From: Podarcis cretensis
Lineage: Eukaryota
Direction of reading: 5' to 3'
Length of the DNA: 64,000 nt
NCBI GenBank assembly: GCA_951804945.1
Contig: OX638150.1
Coordinates: 50,654,001-50,718,000 of the forward strand
Shown here: positions 22,568-35,112 of the stretch, one piece after another
How positions within the stretch are numbered: the stretch's first letter is position 1
How the letters are laid out: the number at the start of each line of letters is the position of its first letter
Position numbers and translations under genes: made by a program
The notes under the pieces: generated by a model
Seen by the model: the letters and a program-made list of their open reading frames with translations, nothing else
Databases searched by the model: none
Told to the model about the DNA's origin: nothing

Positions 22568-23742
22568 CTGGAAAGGGAAGCGGTGAAAGAAAGAGTCGGA
22601 ATTCCTACATAAATGAACAGCCACGTCTGCTTAAATTATCCCAGGTCAACCCTCCTGCTCTCCTCTAAGCAGTTGGAGTGGAGATTCAGCCCCCGCCCCC
22701 CACAACATGAGTTATGGCAGCCACAGATGTTCGAAGAGTCACATGAATCCATGAATCAGGGTCATGGGGAGGCTCCAACACACGCTGAGACTGAAAGCAA
22801 ACAGGGGCTTGGAAAAGACCATTTCCAAATTTATTGCCTCCTGAGTTGGGTCTGGCTTGCAGTTCCAACTAGCATTGGATACTTACCAAGACCCAGCTCC
22901 ATGGAGGCTCACTGCCTTGTTGTTAAAGCTCATCAAGGTGATGACAAAAATTCATTCATAGCTACGTGCAGCGAAAAAGCCTGCATGTGTGACCATCACA
23001 CATGAGGATCTGCCTGCAGGTTTTGTGCCATTTTCCTACATGGAGGTGCTGTTCATGTAGCAATTATATAGCATATGAAGAATTCCAGAAAGAGCCGCAC
23101 AAAAAACAAATCATTTTTGCAAAAAAAAAAAAAACAAAAAACCCCAAACATCTTTCTGGAGAGCTCTTTGGCTGCAGGTATTAAAAGTTAATGCATAGGG
23201 GAGGGACAATGGCTTATCAACAATACTCATCGCATGTTATACAAAACATTTCACAATCCTTCTCTGGGTACTCCTCCTTAACGTCTCTGGAGTATCTTCC
23301 AGGGAAACCAAGGTGTGTGCCACTTACTACCAGCAGTGGTTGGCAGGGTGGCACAGGCAATGACTAATGTCACTGCTGCTTACCATGGGGGGGGGGAGGG
23401 AGGGAGGAGGGCACAGAGAGCTGAGTCTGGTGTGGGTGCAATGGTGGGAGCCAATCTGATGCTCCAGCCACCATGCCTACACCATGCTGAACTCTGCCTG
23501 CCCTGCCCGCCCCTCTCCATCTTAGCTCAGTGTCAGGAAGTCAGTTGTGTGGTGCTGCTCTGCCAACTGCTGCTACCTCTGTCACCTCCTCTAAGGAGGA
23601 CCAGACCTGTCTTAGCACTGAATAATCAAATCAAGTCTGATTGTGCAAAATGAACATTCTGTTGCCATAATTAAACGGTAGGACACCATGTGTGGAGTAA
23701 GTGTCCCTCGATGGCAGAAACCCCCTAGGTACAGAGGAAGAC

Positions 23743-23778
<36 letters not shown>

Positions 23779-23789
23779 AAAAAAAAAAA
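23743..23789. repeat. Compound (GT)n(GA)n(A)n microsatellite
   Basis: Seen directly. Confidence 0.9.
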
Positions 23790-24099
23790 TAGGCAGGTCC
23801 GGGATTCTGCAAGCATGCTGCCTTCATGGTGCTTTAAGAATATTGGCAGCAGAGATTCAGGCACCTCCACTCCAGGCTCCTTTAAGTGAAAAGTTTGAGG
23901 GGGAGAGAGATAGGTCTTTGCAGTTTGAAGAATCATGGGTGTTGTTGAACTGGCTTCTAGATAGTGAGGTTAATTCCCACCCACCCTTTAAACCATAACT
24001 TGTGATATATTTTTTATGGGCATCCAATTTGTGCCAAGGAAACAAGTGCATCAGCACCTGAAAATCAATCAGTGGGATGTAACATTCCAACATGGCCTT

Positions 24100-24100
<1 letters not shown>

Positions 24101-24135
<35 letters not shown>

Positions 24136-24136
24136 C
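24101..24136. repeat. (GATT)n microsatellite
   Basis: About 9 units seen directly. Confidence 0.9.
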
Positions 24137-25640
24137 AGCTCGCCAAGTCTTTTGAAGATGCACGTTCTGTCCAAATGCCAAGTATTTACAAGCTTCTTTT
24201 TTATTTTTATTTTTTAATAAATATGAACTTTGGGACAAGTGCTATTTTAATCCCATCAAGGAAGTTGTGGGCAAAACAGCAGACTGAAAAAATATCTTTG
24301 GGTATCTGGTATCATGACCCAAATGTTCCTGATTACATGGTTAGAATATTTCAGTTTTGTTTTTTTAAAAAAGGGGGAGGCAAGGTTTCGCATTCCACAC
24401 TCTCACACTGAAGGCAACATGGGATCCGTTAACATTAATGCCAGATTTGACTCTTGTGGGAACGTGGCAGTCGGGGGAAATCTTCAAAGGCAGTCTGGAA
24501 ACTCAAAAAAGCTCTTTAACAATTAAGCGTACGATGGAGATTCAATCAGTCAGTTCCCACGGTCAAATGCCTGCTTTCTCCATCACAATATTAAGTGAAA
24601 ATTTCTGATGCCTGTGTGATATAATATATGCATCTAATATATATAAATAAAAAGTTTATTTCCTTCTCCCTTGCAACGTATACATCCTATATATACACAT
24701 ATGGATTTGTGTGATATATATATATATATCTATAAATATATAAATATTATACACCCACACACATGCACACTTTTGTGTGAAGTGAAAATGCCATACATTT
24801 CACCACTAGATGCCGCCAGAACACTTTCAGAAATCATGACATTCATTAATGACAGATAAGGGAGGGGAGAGGAGGGGGAATATAGAATGATAGGCGGGAG
24901 CCTGTGGGAACATACAGAGTCCTCTAAAACCAACACTCTTGTAGGATGATTTAGAGCATGGCCAAGTAACAGAAGGGTGGAGGGTCGAAGGCTCTGTAGC
25001 CTCCAGGTCTGGGCATGTGCTAAGTGAAAACAGGTTCTGAAAACGTGACGTTCTCCGTGAAGACGCCATCCACAGTGCCCTCTTCCCCTTCCACCACTCC
25101 TTGCAAGTTTGCTAAGAAGGGATCTCTGAGAGAAACCACAGAGAACTCAGAATAGCTAGAACTTCAAGCTTCATCAAGCCCCCAAAATCCAGGAGTCACA
25201 GAAAGGGCGTTGTGCATTCTTCACTTCTGTGTATCCTCAAGGGAGCAGAGAGCAGGGCAGGGGCTGGAATATGGCTCTAGGCACAGAATTTGGCTTTCCA
25301 GAGAACCTCTGCAGTGTAAAGGCAAGCTTCAGGTTCTTGAAAGCGTGTGGGCAATACCAGATGAAATCTCAAAAGTGTGGGAAGTAACTAAACTTCTGGT
25401 TGTTGGCTGGGTAGGGGTGGTGGTAGTCCTAGTTCCTAGCCAAAGCAGAATAAAATTACGCCAAAGGAAAAATACGCAGTCTGCTTGATTTGCATAATGC
25501 ATAGCGGTCATAGACTCCAGGTTTTCAGTTATTTATTTGGAAAACCTGGGCTAAGCTTTCAATTTGCTATACATTCCATAAGTTTATTCAGGATACCATG
25601 GTGCACAATACTGTTTCTTGGTTTTTAAAGCAAATAAATA

Positions 25641-25967
25641 CAGTGGTGCCCCGCAAGACGAATGCCTCGCAAGACGGAAAACTCGCTAGATGAAAGAGTT
25701 TTCCGTTTTGGAGGTGCTTCGCAAAACGAATTTCCTATGGGCTTGCTTCGCAAGACGAAAATGTCTTGCGAGTTCCTGCAGGGTTTTTTCCCTTCCCCCC
25801 CCCTTTTTCTAAGCCGCCAAGCCGCTTATCTGCTTATCTGCTAAGCCGCTAAACCACTAATAGCGCTAATCCGCTAAGCCGTCAATGGGCTTGCTTCGCA
25901 AGACGAAAAAACCGCTAGACGAAGAGACTCGCGGAACGGATTCTTTTCGTCTTGCGAGGCACCACTG
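25641..25967. mobile_element. Tc1/mariner (pogo/Tigger-like) MITE, full length, same family as 9071-9426
   Basis: TA TSD; TIRs CAGTGGTGCC(C/T)CGCAAGACGAA; near-identical flanking arms to the first copy. Confidence 0.9.
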
Positions 25968-26667
25968 TACTAATTTATTTGCTCATTTTCTCGTGTTCTT
26001 CTATTACGGAACACAGGGCAACCCAGCCACGGAGTGTTGTCTTTGTGTGTCTCCCCCCCCCCCCCCCCGCCGCCGTAGGCACTGACAAGACCCAGACCTG
26101 CCTAAGCTTCAGCAAGGTGGTGCAGATACATTCAGCCCTGACCATAAGGGGATACAGCAGATCAGCGACACTAGCCAACCTCATAGCAAGGAGGGAGCTT
26201 TTCTCACGCCTCTGATCATGCGAGGGATCGGCACTTGGAGACTTGGCGGCACAGAGAGTGGAGGGTGGGAGTGGGCGAGGAGGAACGGGGAGGGGGGGAA
26301 TGTTGGGAAATGAGATATATCAAAAAAGAGAAAGAAACAGCAGACAATGAGGCACCACTGGAGTGGGGCTTGTTTAAAGATGATTGCAGCTCTGGAATGC
26401 ATCCGATGCCATTCACACGCCTGACCCGCACTCGATTCCCCCTCCCCGCAACAGTCACACCCTTTCCCCCATGAGGATGGCAATGGAGTGAGAGCAATGG
26501 TGCAGCACATGTATACGTATACAATAACAGGTATATGCTTTTTGTATTGTTATAATTGTAAGCCTATAATGAAAAAATTCAGACCTTTGCTTCCTATCAT
26601 ACCCATGCAGCCGGCTTATCAGAGGCGCATCCAAATCCACCTTAAACAGTAGGAAGTGGGTTCTTAC

Positions 26668-26880
26668 TAGAGACAGCTCATCAACCTCTGGGGCCAGAGG
26701 AGGCCCCCTCGGGAGAGGGGCGGCAGGTTTGGGAGAGGGGGTGAGTGACGTGCAGCCGCTGTTGGGCATGTCCCCCTCGTCCATAGGTCTGAAGGCGGCC
26801 AGGCCCATGTCGTCTCCCTGGATGTCATCCAGTGTCTCGGTGAGAGCCGCCAGCAGCGCTTCATTCTCGCTGTCAATAAT
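26668..26880 (-). CDS. PPARGC1B: PPARGC1B exon 3 (activation domain)
   Basis: [30 protein letters not shown]...PEVDELSL; 213 nt; ccAG / GTAAGA. Confidence 0.97.
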
Positions 26881-26902
26881 CTGGTGGGAGGAGTCAGAAG
26901 AA

Positions 26903-26932
26903 TGAGAAAGAGAGAAAGAGAGAAAGAGAGAA

Positions 26933-26984
<52 letters not shown>
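26903..26984. repeat. (GA)n microsatellite, a (CT)n tract on the transcribed strand next to the exon 3 acceptor
   Basis: Seen directly. Confidence 0.95.
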
Positions 26985-26990
<6 letters not shown>

Positions 26991-27095
26991 TACCCAATCA
27001 AAATGCCTCCTACAGGAGAACAACTCAAATCACATCACATTAAAGCACAGGAAAAACCATGCAGATGAAACCACTGAGGCTGAATATATCGCTAT

Positions 27096-27185
27096 ACAGT
27101 GGTACCTCGGTTTAAGAACAGCCCTGTTTATAAACTATTCGGTTTACAAACTCTGCAAAATCGGTAGTAGGGTCCCGGTTTAAGA
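27096..27185. mobile_element. Truncated Tigger-like MITE end
   Basis: TA|CAGTGGTACCTCGGTTTAAGAAC terminus with no matching right end. Confidence 0.6.
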
Positions 27186-27389
27186 TACATAGGGTTGTAT
27201 CCAACGCTAGTCCCACTCAGAGCAGATCATGGACATGACTGACTTTCACCCACCAACTTGAATTTGTCTATTCTGAGCATCCTTTAATTGGATAGAACCC
27301 ACATGGAGTTTATTAGAATCCAAAATGTAATAACACACTTCCATTTGTACATCATCATATAGCATCCATATGTAATCCCTCTGCTACAG

Positions 27390-27476
27390 TTTTCTTTCTT
27401 TCTTCCTTCCTTCCTTCCTTCCTTCCTTCCTTCCTTCCTTCCCTCCCTCCCTCCCTCCCTCCCTCCCTCCCTCCCT
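27390..27476. repeat. (TTCC)n(TCCC)n pyrimidine microsatellite
   Basis: Seen directly. Confidence 0.95.
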
Positions 27477-28789
27477 GTGAAAGCAGGCAAGGAAAGTTCT
27501 GAGAAGCCTTTAACAGTGTAACCCATCCATGAATATAATTTCCATCATTAAAGGTTTTATTTTTTAACAGCATTCACCTAGGTTTGTTGAGATATGATTT
27601 GATTTGGAGGTGAGCTTTATTTCTGCAAGAGCTGAAGATCTTATCTCTAGCTATATTTCTGCTTCCGAAAAGGGTTTATGTTGGAAGGATTTTGCTGTCT
27701 GACTTACGGCTGATGCACATTGTTCTTAAAAGAAAAAAAATAAACTACAAATCCCTATCTTAAAATAACAGATGTCAGTGAGGATTCCCTGATTTTCCTG
27801 CAGACATTTCCCATCTTCGTTGTTTCTGGCCTACTTTGCATCCCAATTCTGCGGAGGTTTCCTTGGAAGCAAGTCCCATTGAGTTCAGTAAGACTTACTC
27901 TCAGGAAGGTATGCCTGAGGATTGCAGCCTTAGAAATGTTTCAACCGATACAAATGGCACACTAAATGAAGGCTGTAAGTTTAATGAGAGAACTGATCAA
28001 CTACCACACTTGCAAGGGCTAAGCCCCATTGAACTCAATGGGATTCAGTTCTAAGTACGGTAAATACGCATAGGACCATACTGTACAGCTTTGATCTCAG
28101 ATCAAAATTTGCCCCTCCATTAGCTGCTGGGTCTGAAGCTGAAGGGTACAAACTTCACACAGACTGCACATGCATAGCTATTCCCCTCTTCTCTGTACTA
28201 AATTTGATAGGGAAAAACCCAACAACTTACATCCAGCTTTTCCTCCCAGTTTATATCCATATCTATCAGATATTTTGCACTTGATGACAAAGTTATCTTT
28301 TAGCAATAAAAATCACAGGCAACTGAAGCACTCAGTTGGAATCAGTGGACACGATCCAACCACAGGCAGGTATTGTAAAATCTTGATTTCAATGAAAGAA
28401 TTATATGCACATGCTCAAAACTCTGCCCCTTCAATCAGTGGGGCTTTAAAATTGCTTAACTTCAGCTGGGTTGTCCCCACTGTCTTACTGGGTTTTACTG
28501 GTATGTTTACAATCAGCCTGAAGCACACAGGTTTATCACAGAAGCAGCTTCCCACGTGATTTGCCTTCCCGGTCACAATCACGCTGTAAAGGTTGTAGTA
28601 ACTGGCCTTACTTTGGCTTGGGCTCCATACCAATGAATGATGGAATTGGTGAATTTGAGTGTCCAATGAAGAAATAACTCAATAGAGGGTGGAGCATAAG
28701 CTGACAGAGCCTATGGGGAAAACTCTAATCCATCCTGCATCTGTGAGAAGCTTGGGGTCACAGTCAACTAATTTGTTGCGCTAGTGGAA

Positions 28790-28995
28790 GCCAGGGCAGA
28801 GATTACCCCTAGTGCAACGGGACTTCCCCTCTTTCTTCCCCCTGTGTCCTCTACCCAAATTTGCTCCACAGGGTCAGGGAAACAGCCAGAACAGAATATG
28901 GGGAGGAGGAGAGGGGAGGGGAGGCTGCTCTGTCGGACAAGCAGAAATGCTTCCGCTGATGAAAGGATCCCTTTAGCAATATGATGAATACAACC
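28790..28995. mobile_element. Old interspersed repeat (related copy at ~50095-50280)
   Basis: Shared agtgcaa..ggacttcccc..aaat(c/t)tgctcc..aagcaga motifs between the two loci. Confidence 0.4.
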
Positions 28996-30371
28996 ATTGG
29001 TGCAATTACAATCTTAGAACTGGAAGTTAGCAGATTATAATGGAATCTAACCCTCTGTTTTAAAACGTGTTTCTCCATGCACTTTGCCACACCCCACCAC
29101 ATCTTGCAGATTAATCCTTGAGGTCTAGAATTGACTCTATGCTGCAATGAGGTAGAACCAGCAAAGTGCCTGTACAGTTTAAGGCATGGTTTGGCAAATC
29201 ACCTCTGACGACTCCAGCAGAGGTGCTGCTGTGGCCCGAAAGCTATTGGACATCACTGGCAACCGCTAGGAAAACCACTAGGAAAACCAGCTGAGGGTGC
29301 CAGTTTTCCTAGTGGTTATTTTCAGGATGATTCATTTGGAACATGACAGTACACAGGGCCATGTAATCTTGCACCGCACATTTTATGTACTCAAATCAAG
29401 CAGTTCCCTAAACTGCACAGTTGCAGATATCTGAGTATGATGAACACTGGAATCATTCCTGGAAATCCAAAGAGTAGATGAAAAAGAACGCTGTTGAGTT
29501 CAGATTATAGCTAAATGGTTCAGGGGAGGGTGAGCCAGTGGATTTTAACAACCAGATGTTTTATTCCTAATTTCCCAAGCTGAATTTGCCATGAAGTTAT
29601 TTTACAGTTCTTTGATTCTGACCTGTCACAGCCAATATGTTTAAACTTTGCAAAAATCAGGTCTGAGACTGCAGAACTCCAAATGTTAACTGAAAGACAG
29701 TCATGCAGCATTTTGCTCTTGACAATTTCAATGTTATGATTTGCTTTAGTATTCCTTCCAACATAATGGAGCATTGTATCACTTCTCTGATAGAGTTGCT
29801 GAAAAGAAAGAAAGAAGGAACACGTTTCAAAAACAAAGTTCTTTCCTTCCTTCCTTTCTAGAACAACAGCTTGATAAAGACAATGCATGCTATGAGTCTC
29901 AAAGTGTCAGGACTTGGCAAGGTCCAAGTTCCAGTATACGGGATCCTGGGACCTACAGCAGCTGCCTGTCACTCCAAAGCAAGTCAAGCCCAAATAAAAA
30001 AGGTGTCTATTTCCACAGCAGAAAACAGGGGAGGGAGCAGGGCAGGGTTGTACGGGCCTGAAGGAAGAGAGAAATTTTGGAGGCTGGGGTGGGAGAAAGC
30101 TCCCTCCTTCCAACCCCCCCCCCCCAAAAAAAAAATTTTAACAGCACTTAGAAAGTGTCCTCATGCTAGAGATGGGTTACTCAAAACATAGGTGCCAGCT
30201 CTAAAGCTACGGCTTGGTGGACAGGGATTGGCCCCTGGAGTCAGCTGGCGCTGCAGCTTAGAGGGTACCTTTGAAGCACAGTGCTCACTCTGCCAGGCTC
30301 ACAGTGAAAACTGCGAATTGGTGGCGCAGGAGGTAAGGTGCCCAAGCCTGGCTGTTGAATTTCATTAGACT

Positions 30372-30406
30372 TTGTTGTTGTTGTTGTTTAGTCATGTCCG
30401 ACTCTT
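30372..30406 (-). mobile_element. 3' terminal fragment of an RTE-BovB-type element
   Basis: Reverse complement is AGAGTCGGACATGACTAAACAACAACAACAA, a BovB-like terminus with a (CAA)n tail. Confidence 0.5.
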
Positions 30407-32112
30407 ACTGACATCTTATTGAGAACCTTGCCCTGATGCCTTATTGGCTAAGGGTGCAATGCAAACCCCCTTTGTTGAGAGCTGTGTACTAGTGTGTGGA
30501 TTGGATGGAGGTGCTCCTTTGTCCAGCCCTGCCAGCTTTCGCCTGTGGAGGGACACCGGAGAGCCGCCTGTTTTACCTGCCAAAGATGTGGGAGGGTGCA
30601 GGTGCTGCCAGCAGGATCCCTACACACTCCAGTGTCAACCAAGGCCCCCAAAGGGGGCATTCCAGAACAGGGAGGTGCTGAGCCAGAGCCAGCTGCAATC
30701 ACCTAGGAATGCCAGTCTATCTTGAATAGAAGCAGGCACGGGACTTGGAGGTAATTCAGGCTTTACTGGGGTAACGTGGCACAGTCTCCCACACTCCTTT
30801 GTTGCCTCTTATGCTGGTACTGCTTGTTTCCTAACTCCCCCCCCCCCCATCTGCATTCTCATGACGGAGTTCTGCATCAGGCGTTTGCATGAACATTTAA
30901 ATTGGCTCTCGGAAACAAAGAGATGTGCATAACTTTGAAGAAATGAAGAATCCCCACTGACTGTGTGTATGTGCTTATTTGGATTTGACTATAGCCACCA
31001 TTAACCCCAAATATTCATGTCAGCACCACGAGAAACTATGGCGGAAACAGCAGCACTCAGAAGGAAGGGCAGCAAAGGGGGCTGTGTTCTCCCAACAAAT
31101 TTATTTTCCTTCCAGCATTGGTGAGATACTTCTGCAGACAGGAGGACATCAGCAGGGTACGTTTCATCAGGCTCCGCTCATTCCTAAAAGACCTGCCTTT
31201 TACTTTTCAGCTCTGTTTATCTTTTCCTCAGGAAGTTCAGTGGAAAATATGTATCCCGCAATGACGGCCTGTCAGTCACTCTCGACCTTTTGCAAGAACA
31301 GTGTAAAGCTGGCATGTGAAGGTGTCACTGTGGGGAAGGAATTCTTTAAAAGTTCATCATGAGTGGATAATTCCACTACAAAATGCGAGCTGGCAGGCAG
31401 TTGTAACCTGGAATCCAAAATCAACCTTATGCTAAAGACAAAAGGAAAAGAAAAGAAAAGAAGAAAGAACACCTTTTCTTCATATACAGCAAACAATCTT
31501 TTCCCCCTGAAGCAGCAGGTATTTAATGGAGGAGAGGCAACAGGAGAATGGTTGTTTCTGCCAAATAGCTGATACTACATCAGGCCAGGTATAAACTCAT
31601 ACCCCACACTGTTCTCTCCTCACTCCTCCTGCCTCCTTGATTTCCTTTCTCAATTACTCTGGCGAGGCACTTCAAAGAACCTCTTCAGACATCCTCCACC
31701 CCTCCACCCCGGCCAAAGATCATCATGGGAATCAAGTGTATAAAATGATGAACTATTCTTTTATTACAGGAACTAAACGGCAATAATATTAGCTTTTTGC
31801 ATAATGTGCAGGACTCTCCCAACATCCTGGTTCCTGCTGAGTCAGTCAGTGGGGACGGTGCTGGGCCAGCCGACAGAGCCTGGAGCAGCCAGACCAGTCT
31901 GCATGGCAGGATGCAGAAATGGAACCAAGCTCCTTTGTTGCTCAGCCTTCGGAGGAAGCAAAGGTTACCTGGAAGGCTATGCTGGGGTTAAGAAGGGAGC
32001 AGGGGTGGCAGGTGAGGCACCATCATATGAACTAGCTCTGGACTCTTGGAAATGCTACTGGCATTCGACATAAAAGGCAAGAGCAGGCATATCGTGTGCA
32101 TGTGAACACAAT

Positions 32113-32306
32113 GGGAAGGGTTAGTGGTAGAGCATCTGTCTTGTAAGCAGAAAGTTGCAACTTCAACCCCTGACATCTCCAGGTAAGGCTGGGAAAGACT
32201 CCCTGTCCGAAATGTTGAAGAGGTGCTACCTACTGGTCAGTGTAGGCAATACTGAACTAGGTAGGGCAATGGTCTGATCCGCCACAAGGCAGCTTCCTGT
32301 CTTCCT
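32113..32306 (+). mobile_element. tRNA-derived squamate SINE (Squam3-like)
   Basis: AGTGGTAGAGCATCTG head...ctccaggtaaggctgggaaagactcc...ggcagcttcctg tail. Confidence 0.75.
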
Positions 32307-34189
32307 AAATTAACAGGGGGAGAACTGAAGCCAAGAACTGTTCACAACATATCCTGATCATGGAAACACCACCATGAATACCTTGTGCCCTGTTGGGAAA
32401 TGGTGTGTATTTTGTGGAAAGCCAAGAGCAAGGAGGGGGAGGCGGCATGGGGTGCGCCAAGGGAGCTGTGTCACCCGCAGATAATCTGTGCGCCTTTAAT
32501 CTTCCTCGCGGGCTCACGGCTCCATCCACCTGCACCGCGTCTCAGCTCGCCGATTGGTATAATGGGACCACATATATTTAGAGAGCACGAGCAACACACT
32601 GAGAGGGAGCCTCAGCTAAAAATATCCATGTGCACAGAGAGATGCAGAGGTGACGCCGAAGCTGGAGAGTCAGATAAAAGGGAAGCTTTCTGTGCGCTGG
32701 AAAATTAACATTCCAGGGCCACGTCACTTTGTGTGCTGCTTCCTATGAGCTTTCCCCTCCCATCGCCACCCCCCTCCCTGGCTTGCTGCCTCCCTCCCAC
32801 CCACTGCTGAACAATCCGTCAGGTTCGGAAATCAGGCTGGATGGCACAAGGCACCATCCTGTAATTTCCTTTTAATAATAGATCACAGGAGGATGGGCTC
32901 GGCAGCCTTCGCCTGCTCTTCTGCCTCCTCATTAGCTTTACTACACTTGCTCCATTTAGAAACCAAGCGCAAATTAATGGAGCACTAATCATCTGCAGAA
33001 GAGATATTAATAGTGTGGACCCCCCTCCTCACCCACAGACACCTTTCCTCAGCTTTCATCAGGCTGTTCCAGAAAAGGGGGGAAATGAGCCTCCTCTGTG
33101 TGGAGGAATTAACAAGTGAGTGCCGGCAGGATACGGAACATCCTGGGCCTGTGTTGCATCTGCCGTAAGGGGCAAAGCACCAGGTAGGCAGGGGCAGGCA
33201 AAGGAGATTATTGGTGTGCGTGTGATTGTCTGCAAGAATTATTGATGTAGTGTAGCTTCTTCACTTTGAGATAGTTGCTATATTAGTTTTGTACGTTCTG
33301 TGGCGGACCACATGTTTCCTGTGCAGAAGAACACAGTCCCACGTTCAATTTTCAGTATCTCTAGTTAGAGACGCTAAGTGCTGAGGCTGAAAAAGAGCAT
33401 CAGCTGAAACTCTGGAGAGTGGCTGTTAGTCAGGGGAGATAATATTCAGCCACTGATAGGAAGGAGGGCCAAACTTGAAGCCTTCAGTGTGTGGTTGCCA
33501 TTTACATATCTTTCGTTTTAAGAAGAAAAATGTGAAAAAGAAAGAAACAGCTACAGGAGCCCCCAATTCCAATTAGAACTGACAGACATGAGGGTGTTAA
33601 CTCTTGCAATTTTTCTCCATCCCACCACCCCTCACTATTATCAGCGCTGGATTTAGGGTGGTTCCCCCGCACAGGGCGTCGTGCGAAGGGGGTGCAAAAT
33701 AACAAATAACAAAAAAACCTATTTATTATATAGGGAGTGGCCCCCAAATCACTTCTTGGGGCAAATCACAGTTTGGGATGAATTATTTTATCAGCAAAAC
33801 TGTGCTGGGGTGGGAAAAGGACTAGTTCCCCTCCACTGTACCAGAGTCCTGATCTAGGCTAAGGCTCCCACAGGTCCTATTTTTTTATTTTAAAAACGTT
33901 GAAAGATGTGCAATTGAGACCACACATTTACGTTGTGGCCCTACACATTTCTACTCTGCCTGAATTAAATTCTGTGTAATTCAATGGAGCTTACTCTCAG
34001 GTAAGTGGATATAAGAGTGCAGCACTAACGTATTATCTAATTTGGCCTTCAGCATAAGGTGGCTTCATATGTTCCTGGTTGCACTTTGCACAGAAAGCCT
34101 AAGGAAGAAGCCGCAAATCCCAACTGTAGCCCAAAACAACTGCTCTTGCAGGTAGCAGGCCATATATTGGTACTTTAGATCTGAACTGT

Positions 34190-34316
34190 TCAGACATGCA
34201 TCCCTAGATGTTGCTGGGCTACAACTCCCATTATCCCCAGCCAGGTTATCCAATGGTCACAAATGATGGGAGATGTGGTCCAACAATATTTGGGGACCCA
34301 AGGATGAAGAAGGCCA
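34190..34316. mobile_element. Palindromic hAT-type MITE (degenerate)
   Basis: gatgttgctgggctacaactcccatt...gatgggagatgtggtccaacaat core. Confidence 0.6.
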
Positions 34317-34938
34317 CCTTAGAATAACAAGAGATCACCCTTTACCTTTCCTTGGACAAATGAAGGCCAGATTTCTATGTGCTCTTCCTTCACAGAATCA
34401 TGAAGGAAACAAACTGATGTTGTGGTGGGGCTTCGCTAGTGAGTCACTGCTACTTATTGGGAGGGGCACAGTGGTGGTGAGCTGCAAAAACAGTTCAGTT
34501 TGGAACTCCTCCCAGTGCATTTGCATGGTATCGCCCTTCCTTGTCCCTCCCTCTCCAAGTAAGCAGCAGCAACTCACCTGCCAAGAGGTCAGGTAAGGGC
34601 CTCCATCCCACCACACTGTCTGCTGCTGACTAGAAATGTTTTGTCAGAAGACCTGTAAACAGAAAACTACATTCTTTCCTCCTACCTATGGATCATTCCA
34701 GCACAATCCACATGTGCTACATGGATTCCTTCACTGTTCTCCTCCTCATGAAGAATAATGGCCATAGCATACACTTATTTCCTCTAGAAATGTGTTTCTT
34801 CTCTGCAGTGGGCTCCCAGAACCAACATATTGCCAATGACAGTATTATCGTTGGGGGAAGATACATGCACAGTTGGGAAGTTCCCATCCCAGAGTAAATT
34901 TCCCACAGTGACGCAGAGAATCCCACGGCAAAGTGTAC

Positions 34939-35112
34939 CTGAAAAAGCTCGGAGTCATCTGTACTGTACTGGCTGGACTCTGTTTCAGAGTGCTCGCAAC
35001 ACCACTGCAGCTCATTGAAGCAACTGGCTGAGTCAAAGTCACCGGCATCCAACTGGGACAAATCTATCTCTGGGAAATCAGAGTAGAGGTGTTCCTCACC
35101 AGACACTTCATA
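34939..35112 (-). CDS. PPARGC1B: PPARGC1B exon 2
   Basis: [58 protein letters not shown]; 174 nt; cacAG / GTACAC. Confidence 0.97.

Noticed and set aside
26884-27573. Low-complexity ORFs (RERERE, GRKEGRKE, SLSLSL)
   Set aside because: Translations of microsatellites.
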